DNA of 64,000 nt. It comes from Eledone cirrhosa. Taxonomy: Eukaryota. The first letter of the stretch is position 1. Each line of letters starts with the position of its first letter. The position numbers and the translations under genes are program-made. The notes under the pieces are model-generated. The model did not search any database, was not told where the DNA came from, and was given only the letters and a program-made list of their open reading frames with translations. The stretch lies in NCBI GenBank assembly GCA_964016885.1, contig OZ024743.1, positions 153,326,001 through 153,390,000 on the forward strand, written 5' to 3'. Shown in pieces: positions 52,175 to 64,000 of the stretch.

Positions 52175-52960
52175 AATCAAAACAACAAGAGGTAATATCG
52201 GCAGATACAAGCCGGAAACTCTGAAGAATATGGAGTGTACATACACTAAAGTCTTACAAAGATATATGATAATAAAAATGAAAATAAAGATAACAATAAT
52301 AAAAATATATAATAAGAATAACTAAGGATGTAGATAACATTAAGAACCATATTACAAATATAGTCCAAAGCAACTAACCTAAATCTAAACAAATTTGGTT
52401 ATATAGAGCAGGAATTATATATAACACAATGTAATACATTATAATAATAATATACTTTTACCAACATTAAAATTACAAATTAAAAATCAAAAGGTACAAT
52501 ATATACATGTATATATGTGCGCGCACACACACACACACATATATAACAACACACACATGTATGTTCCACTACACAAAATTAAGCCCTATTAGAAGTTTGA
52601 ATATAAAAATAAGCATGCTAAGAGTGAAAATAATACTAATACATCTACCCAATATACATGAGGCAATAATATGATATAATTACAAGAAACACATATAACA
52701 AATAATAAACAACAAAATTATATAATTCAATATAATATAATAAAATAGATAATCCCCGGGTAATTTACAGAAACAATATAGATGTCACAATAAAATACAA
52801 TGATAATACGTTAACAGTGTACTAATATTTACCATAAACAATATATACAAATCGATTCATACTGGGTTACAGAATAAATGAGGAAAAATAAATTATATAA
52901 TACTCAAAAAAACACTATAATGGTACAGGGAAAAATTACGATGTTACAGAAAAAAATATA

Positions 52961-53141
52961 CAGACATCATATATGATATGTAAAGTCTAAATATCATAAT
53001 GTTACATATAATGAACAGTAAGTAATAAGGATCAATATTACAATATTACAAAATTCCAGACATCTTACATGATATATAAAGTTTAAATATCATAATGTTA
53101 CATATAATGAACAGTAAGTAATAAGGATCAATATTACAATA
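52961..53141. repeat. ~96-bp tandem duplication
   Basis: cagacatc...aaatatcataatgttacatataatgaacagtaagtaataaggatcaatattacaata occurs twice. Confidence 0.9.
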
Positions 53142-53427
53142 CAATATAATATATTATAAATTGACATAAAATATATAAATACTTATAATTACAAGGTTAG
53201 TAGACAGACATATGTGGATGAGTAAGTAAAGCCAGATAGTGAATAGTAAATAGAATATAGAATAAAATAAATAAATACAATCAACCGGAAATTACAAAAC
53301 AAAAGCAAATATATACACACTTAGGCTTCGCGTGCATTTAAGAAATTAGGTAAACACTAAGGAAAACAATCATTTTAATTGACTCCAAACCCTATTTGAT
53401 AAATTAATATTAAAAATATCAAACCCG

Positions 53428-53828
53428 TCCAGTAAGGTAGTATAATATTAGCTGTAGTTTAAGTCATTAAAGTATATAAACTTTAATGTATCGTTACAAA
53501 TGTTTACAAACAGGAATGAAAATTTTATACTATCATATACGCAACGATATCTAAAAAACTGACTTAAGTAGAATTAAGGTAGGCTAATGGGGACAGAATT
53601 GACGAAATATATGGAGGGTGCGAAGTGGCACTTCGCACCCCCCATATATTTCGTCAATTCTGTCCCCATTAGCCTACCTTAATTCTACTTAAGTCAGTTT
53701 TTTAGATATCGTTGCGTATATGATAGTATAAAATTTTCATTCCTTTTTGTAAACATTTGTAACGATACATTAAAGTTTATATACTTTAATGACTTAAACT
53801 ACAGCTAATATTATACTACCTTATTGGA
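53428..53828. repeat. ~400-bp near-perfect palindrome with a 1-nt centre
   Basis: ...gggtgcgaagtg G cacttcgcaccc...; arms of ~200 bp with about 3 mismatches. Confidence 0.97.
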
Positions 53829-54046
53829 GTAATAGGGTTTAATTTTAAGTTTAATCGTGATTACTCTGGTTAATTACTCCTATTGGTTGTGGTTCCTCTA
53901 TTACTGTGAAACTGTATTATCTGTGACCAGTGAAAACACCTGTTATGGGTTTATGACTTTTGATAGCTGGGTAAGACACTTTGTGCACTATATCCGCGTA
54001 AATTTGGGTGACCGGTGATATGTGTGTATGTGTGTGTGTGTGTATA

Positions 54047-54137
<91 letters not shown>

Positions 54138-54848
54138 TGTCTCTGGGCTAACCCTATTGTTGCGTGCCTTCTATCTATATTCTTGTGATGCCAGCGACGT
54201 TACTCAGTGTTGTGATTTTGAGAGGTTATCGGCTTTGAAAGCTATTTGCTATGCACGTTGTTGAGTGTTAAATTTCCCACTTGTATTTTGTATTTAGTAT
54301 TTTATATTAAGTGGTATGCATAATAATAACCTGCTTCACCTAACCGTATTGAACCATCTGCTTTTGCCTGCTTTTATTCACTGATATGCACCTCAATTGT
54401 TTGCCTTTTGATGTTCGCATTGCTATTTAAGAATTTGCCTGCAACCTTCCCAGCATATGTTCCTGCTTGAGATATGTTTATGGATACATCTTGTCAACCA
54501 ATAATTTTTGCCTGAGTGCTCAACTTTATGTATGCACATCTGCGGATTGAACTTTGAAGTATGAACTTTTGGGATTGTCTAACCTAGGAGTATTCCATTA
54601 TATTGTAATAGTCCACTCATCTAGTGTGGACACCGCATCTGTTTATAAAGGTCTCATTCGAACACTCTATTGTTGGACTGCTGCTAATTGCAACACCTAA
54701 CATTTTCTTGTATTCCTGATATATTCCTTATATCACCATGAATCAATATTAGTGTCACCTTATAATTTCTAAATTTTCTTAAAACATTATGAGTACTTTA
54801 TATTAGTATTTAACAAAATTTTTATTTTTATTTTTATTTTTATTTTTA

Positions 54849-54879
<31 letters not shown>

Positions 54880-56002
54880 AACTCAATTTACTGACATTAT
54901 TTCCAATATTAGGAAACTAGCACCTATACTACTATTATTATTATTACATGCCTTCATTATCATCCTTATTATCCTTATTACCTTATTTACCCCCAGTTAT
55001 TTTTATAAATATGTATTATTTTGACTGATATATGTATATATCCTTATATATATGTTTCTTTTATATATTTTATATATTTTACGTATATCACTTGTTGCAC
55101 ATAGCTTGATAACTTATACCTTTGCCAGTTTCATCTTTATTCACACCTTCCTTTATGGTGTATATTTTACTTTATATTTTATCTATTTTTTATCTATTTT
55201 TTATCTATTTTTATCTCATAACTTCTTTTAAAAAATTTTTTTTACCATGCATTTTATACTTTTTATATTCTTATTCCTTTATTGTTTATTTCTCATCTAT
55301 TACGGTGTACTCCTTTTGAGTTTCCTACCATGTATGTTCCTTCCGTTATATGTCCTTATGTTCCAATATTTTTATACGTTTTTATAATTTATTATATTTC
55401 TTTATATTGTACTCCTCCATGTTATATGTCATCGTTTCTACTGTTATTGCTATATTTTGTCACAGTATGGAGTATGTGCCCATCTGTTTTTGATGTTATT
55501 TGTATTAGTGTATACTTTCTGTATTGCATATGGGTGCTTGCATGTAGGTGCATGCGGGTGCTCATGCTTATACGTATACTTTTATGTGAGTGTATGCATA
55601 CGTAGCTGTGTGTTAACCAATCACATCATTGCTTCCATGATTGCCGGTCATAATATAACCCTACCCAACTGTGAGTGATAACATTTTAGATCCATATCCT
55701 TATTAGTATTAGTATATTCCTCATATTCACTATCTTTTGCTTGATTTTTATTTTTTTTTATTTTTTTTATTTTTTATTTTTTATTTTTTATTTTTTATTT
55801 TATTTTTTTTATTTATTTTTTTATTTATTTATTTATTTATTTTTTTTTAATATTATTATTTTTTTATTTTTGTTATCCTTTATTCGTTAATCCTTATCTT
55901 GTACATGAACAATACTTTAAATTCCTCCCACCTTATGATATCCCCACATTATATTCTGTTTTGGATTTGTTAATACTTCTATACTCTGTATCTACTCTTT
56001 AA

Positions 56003-56046
56003 GCTCTGAAGAGTCCCACTTTTAGTGTGGACGAAACATTGTCAGC
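56003..56046 (+). ncRNA. Minimal type I hammerhead
   Basis: gct CTGAAGA gtcccac-tttta-gtgtggac GAAA c-att-GTC agc, then attaaa. Confidence 0.8.
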
Positions 56047-56184
56047 AATTAAATATATACCTATGTTCTAAGCGCTCTTTGTTGTTAATTGTATTACGGC
56101 TCTGTCTTCAGACATTGAGCTAACCATATACTGCCTATCTGATAAGTTGAGTGTTACACACTCTCAATTTTCTCCTTTATATAT

Positions 56185-56294
<110 letters not shown>

Positions 56295-56299
56295 AGTTG

Positions 56300-56679
56300 T
56301 AATATAATGAAACGAAATTTCATTTCTCACTCTTAATACGGCACTTACTTAAATGGAAGAATGTATTATACGTACATACATATATGTATACAGACGAACA
56401 GTAGCATGCACATATATATATATATATACACATATACATACAGGTACACATATATATATGTACGTATCAGTTTAGTGAACGTATATTATAACGCCCGCTA
56501 ACAAGCTTGAAACTAGTACATCCTTCCTGTATCAGTGTTGAACAAAAAGGTGACGTAGTTGCCTGAACACCGTATGGCATAAATCAGGCTGTTCGCTTGT
56601 TTACAAACGGACAAAGCGGGCGTTATAATAAACGTTCGCTAAACTGATACGTACATATATATATATATGTGTACCTGTA

Positions 56680-56763
<84 letters not shown>

Positions 56764-56810
56764 CATGCTACTGTACGTCTATATACATATATGTATGTAC
56801 GTATACATAC
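56300..56810. mobile_element. Foldback module (arms ~56368-56497 / 56617-56803), same family as 5871-6225
   Basis: Inverted arms; shares tgaaacgaaattttcattt with ~6060 and tgttcaacactga..ctagtttcaagctt with ~5871 (inverted). Confidence 0.75.
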
Positions 56811-56821
56811 ATACTTACACT

Positions 56822-57767
<946 letters not shown>

Positions 57768-57835
57768 ATGAAGAGAGAAGAAACATTTAGATATAATTAG
57801 TAATAAAATGTATCATACCTAAACTGTTCATAAAT

Positions 57836-57923
57836 TCCTCGACTACGTAGTTTCGTGGCATAAACAAAAACAATATATCAAAGATATAGAGTCCTTGCGA
57901 GGTCTGCCGACTTATCAAGAGGA
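57836..57923 (-). ncRNA. Hammerhead with U3-A8 core and 57-nt stem II
   Basis: tcctc TTGATAA gtcggca...tgccac GAAA ctacgtag TC gagga. Confidence 0.8.
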
Positions 57924-58426
57924 TACCTCATTTTACTAGTCTCAAGAACGCGTCTACACGACGTGAGAAAGAATCCCAAAAGGCGGAGGGGGAGATAGTC
58001 ACGCGATATAACGGTCGAGAAACAGAGCTAAGCCTCTTATAACCACGAAGAAAATACCACGGAGGCGGAGGGGGTATTCATATCGAGGCCGTAGAAGAGG
58101 TAGTGAAGAAGGCGAGAAGTATGAGTAATGGAAGCTTTCCAGTTGTCCCCACACCTCAAAGATTGCTCGACCAGAGGGAGTTATTAATATATTTAGAAAC
58201 ACACAGATACATGCGGACACACACATATATACATGAATGCATCCGCACCCAACTGTGAGTTAAGGGTGCCAACTTCACCGATCTTGCTCAATGAATGACT
58301 GGGACAGACCAATTCAGTTTGAACTAGACTGAACCAGTATCAGAGTTAAAAATACATTATGAAGAGAGAAGAAACATTTAGATATAATTAGTAATAAAAT
58401 GTATCATACCTAAACTGTTCCTAAAT

Positions 58427-58514
58427 TCCTCGACTACGTAGTTTCGTGGCATAAACAAAAACAATATATCAAAGATATAGAGTCCTTGCGAGGTCTGCCG
58501 ACTTATCAAGAGGA
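58427..58514 (-). ncRNA. Second copy of the U3-A8 hammerhead
   Basis: Same sequence as 57836-57923. Confidence 0.8.
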
Positions 58515-58704
58515 TACCTCATTTTACTAGTCTCAAGAACGCGTCTACACGACGTGAGAAAGAATCCCAAGAGGCGGAGGGGGAGATAGTCACGCGATAT
58601 AACGGTCGAGAAACAGAGCTAAGCCTCTTATAACCACGAAGAAAATACCACGGAGGCGGAGGGGGTATTCATATCGAGGCCGTAGAAGAGGTAGTGAAGA
58701 AGGC

Positions 58705-58814
<110 letters not shown>

Positions 58815-58815
58815 C

Positions 58816-60680
<1,865 letters not shown>

Positions 60681-60876
60681 TAGATAAATCTACCAAGAGT
60701 TTACGGTAGTGTCCAATCCGTATGAAGAACTCAATGTAATCTGGATATCATGGAAAGAAGAGATGCAATGAAAAATCACTTTCGGTGAAAGATAAACGGA
60801 ATACAGAGTGAAGATAAAATATAAAAAAAATAATGAATAAAACAATGACACAGTTCCTTATATTAAACAAAAAAAG

Positions 60877-61031
60877 TTCATTATTTAACGATCGTTTCTA
60901 GGATATATATGTATTAGAATTGGCATGCATATTCAACAGATCTATGTACAAAATTATACAAAATTATACAAACTATCAAAATTAAATATACATACCAAAC
61001 ACATATATATGCCGTCTTCAGAAATAATGAA
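60877..61031 (-). ncRNA. Hammerhead with 10-bp stem I and 116-nt stem II
   Basis: Inverted copy of 61815-61969. Confidence 0.82.
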
Positions 61032-61814
61032 ATATATTTATTGATAATAACAACAATTCAAAATTACAGGTCTGTTTGGGAACAGAGTTCAAATTGACCA
61101 ATGAAAATACAAAAAGTTTATACAGTTAGGTGTGTGTATATATATGTAAGTAACTTCGTTCACAGATATGCATACAGTTATATGTTCACATGCATACGCA
61201 TGCCAAAAAGATGTATGTAAATACAAAAATTCAAGGCTAATGTCTCTGTATATTTATAATCTACAGATAAAAATACGTATACACATATAAATATAAAATA
61301 AATATATACACACATTCATATACTCACACATATACGTACATTCACACACACACGCGCGTATACGCATAAACATACACACAACCACGAACATACATACACA
61401 CATACACCCCCACACACATATATATGTGTATATACTATTATCATAAGGATATGGACATTAATGCGCGCACATAAACACTGCCACACATATTTAGATGTGT
61501 GTGAATGTACGTATATGTGTGAGTATATGAATGTGTGTATATATTTATTTTATATTTATATGTGTATACGTATTTTTATCTGTAGATTATAAACATACAG
61601 AGACATTAGCCTTGAATTTTTGTATTTACATTCATCTTTTTGGCATGCGTATGCATGTGAACATATATCTTTATGCATATCTGTGAACGAAGTTACTTAC
61701 ATATATATACACACACCTAACTGTATAAACTTTTTGTATTTGCATTGGTCAATTTGAACTCTGTTCCCAAACAGACCTGTAATTTTGAATTGTTGTTATT
61801 ATCAATAAATATAT

Positions 61815-61969
61815 TTCATTATTTCTGAAGACGGCATATATATGTGTTTGGTATGTATATTTAATTTTGATAGTTTGTATAATTTTGTATAATTTTGTAC
61901 ATAGATCTGTTGAATATGCATGCCAATTCTAACACATATATATCCTAGAAACGATCGTTAAATAATGAA
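61815..61969 (+). ncRNA. Hammerhead with 10-bp stem I and 116-nt stem II
   Basis: ttcattattt CTGAAGA cggcatatatatgtgtt...aacacatatatatccta GAAA cgatcg TT aaataatgaa. Confidence 0.85.
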
Positions 61970-62051
61970 CTTTTTTTGTTTAATATAAGGAACTGTTTCA
62001 TTGTTTTATTCATTATTTTTTTTTATATTTTATGTATATATATATATATTT

Positions 62052-62109
<58 letters not shown>

Positions 62110-62113
<4 letters not shown>

Positions 62114-63060
62114 TCATGTTATCAATAATGTAGTGATAATATATCGTCACGTTAGAGATGAACAGCGTACGTGTAGGTTTGCTCAACGAGTATAAATTAT
62201 ATTCCGGAGAAAATGTAGAAAAGATGAATATAAAATGAAAGTGCTTTTACAAAGGAATTTATTAGGTATTGACATATGTTTCTGTAACAGACGGAATACC
62301 TATGTATCGCTGCTTGCGTAATCATATAATGTTAGCAAGTATTCGATAGCAAATGTATAATCAGTTGTCACTTCTTCAGAGATATTGGATAAATTGGAAA
62401 AAATCAGAAAAATTGAAGAATTTATAATAGTTGTAAGAAAGGAAGAAGAGAGGGGATAGTATATGACAGATAGCAATTCGATTTACTGGTAAACAAGTAT
62501 ATAAAAGTTTTCTAATGAGAATACAATGAGTATATGGTTTATTTTATCTAAATAAGAATTTTTGGGAGTGCCTATTTTAATCTATACTTGACCAATTGAA
62601 CAATGGACAGGGCTGGTCGTTTGGTGTAGTAGTATTAATAGATATAAAGTGTCAATTAAGGAAGAGGGAGATTTTCACTGCTACTGAATAACAACAATGC
62701 TGGTAGCCTGCTGGTATAGGCATTAGGGAATTGAATTAAGAAATCTCATTTTATCTATAGCAGTTTATATTAAATGGTAAAGAATAGAAGTGTTGATAGA
62801 ATTAAGACTAATAGAGAATGTTAATATGTATTTTGACAATCAAACGGAGATGGAGACAGGCGTTCAATCCTGGTAGTGTTTGTAATATGAAAATGTAGAT
62901 TTCAAGCGATGGTTACAGTATAACGATCGCTCTATTCTGTTATTTAATAAAATATTTTTGGATTTCGTAATACAAAATAATTCCATATTACACAATTTAC
63001 AAAATTCCTGTCCGTGGAAATGCAGGGGCAGATGCTATTATATCCCATTTTAGGTTAAAT
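62110..63060 (-). mobile_element. Second PLE, heavily 5'-truncated: GIY-YIG C-terminal remnant plus 3' UTR with HHR
   Basis: Minus 62880-63060 reads FNLKWDIIASA../CKLCNMELFCI...LLNNRIE..YCNHR, paralleling the C-terminus of the first PLE. Confidence 0.7.
62265..62385 (-). ncRNA. Hammerhead with 90-nt stem II and decayed stem I
   Basis: atatct CTGAAGA agtgaca...tgttaca GAAA catatg TC aatac, then aataaa. Confidence 0.65.
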
Positions 63061-63061
63061 A

Positions 63062-63930
63062 TACATATGATGTATTATCTTCGTTTTTCCGTTCATTGTC
63101 AGAGAACGTCTCTATGAACCACCTAATAGAATATAAGTCTACGACTTCTTTTACACCATAAACTTGGTTTTGTCTTTGCGTGTAATTGTTTTTCACCGCT
63201 CCAAATAATGACGTATTATATTCGTTTTTTCCCGTTCTTTGCCAGGGAACGTTTCCACGAACCAAAGTATCGTCTTCCTGTCTTCCTCCGGTTGTAGCGT
63301 TTTTTAAAATATTCACTTCTGCGTTCACAGATTGACTTTGTTAGTTTCAGAAGATCCCGTTAAGGGTGGAAGCAGCGATTCTTTGCTTAAACTTTAATCT
63401 GTTATTTTAATAAATATTTGCTCTACGTTTCTTATATATTTGATATATATTTATCCTTATCGAGCCCTCTTTGGATTTTAGTCTTCAAATTTATTATTAT
63501 TACTATATATATATTAAAATAACAGAGTTATGTTTAAGCAAAGAATCGCTGCTTTCACTTTTAACCGGATCTTCTGAAACTAAAAAACCAATCTGTGAGC
63601 GCAGAAGTAAATATTTTGAAAAACGTTGCATCCGAAGAAAAACAGGAAGACCATACATTGGTTCGTGAAGACGTTCACTGGCAATGAACGGAAAAAACGA
63701 GGATAAAACGTCGTTATGTGGATCGATGACAACAAATACACGCAAAGACAAACCACGTTTATGGAAAATGAAGTCAAAGACTACTATTTAGGAAACCGAA
63801 TGATTCTCGGCTACAGAGTTAAGAATAATGTAAATAAATCAGTAGAACGAAAATGACAGATGTTATCAAAATCAAATAATTAAATACATACATCCACGCA
63901 TCTATATACGTACATACACAGGCATACGCA
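63062..63930. mobile_element. Two pseudo-LTR fragments of the first PLE family, tail-to-tail across (TA)n: 63062-63505 (+) and 63512-63930 (-)
   Basis: Homology to 26100-26730; both carry the CAGAAGA motif (63343-63393 + and 63532-63581 -). Confidence 0.88.
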
Positions 63931-64000
63931 AAACAGATTCAACATGCACACCCATTCTTTTCTTAACCCCGAGAATTGGGTTTGTTGATGCATTGTGGTG

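Overview
AT-rich animal genomic DNA made almost entirely of repeats. The SINE/RTE repertoire and very long (TA)n tracts suggest an octopus or other cephalopod, which is an inference. I could not recognise any host protein-coding exon. Recognisable elements: a full-length decayed CsRN1-like Gypsy LTR retrotransposon (two LTRs, ATTG target duplication, tRNA-Trp primer site); two Penelope-like elements (PLEs; one RT + C-terminal GIY-YIG ORF, one EN-tail remnant); RTE and other LINE remnants; two SINE families; two Helitron derivatives; mariner and Tigger remnants; and many microsatellites. The main signal is about 25 intact or decayed type I hammerhead ribozyme (HHR) motifs, found by eye. They belong to many sequence-unrelated, mostly non-coding modules that often abut (TA)n tracts and occur as foldbacks or partial tandems. 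They include core variants (U3-A8 covariation, conserved U4A) and a highly variable stem II, from 13 nt up to 488 nt. The longest stem II holds a 15-bp minisatellite, and an array-free homologue lies in the same window. No folding, alignment or database search was run.
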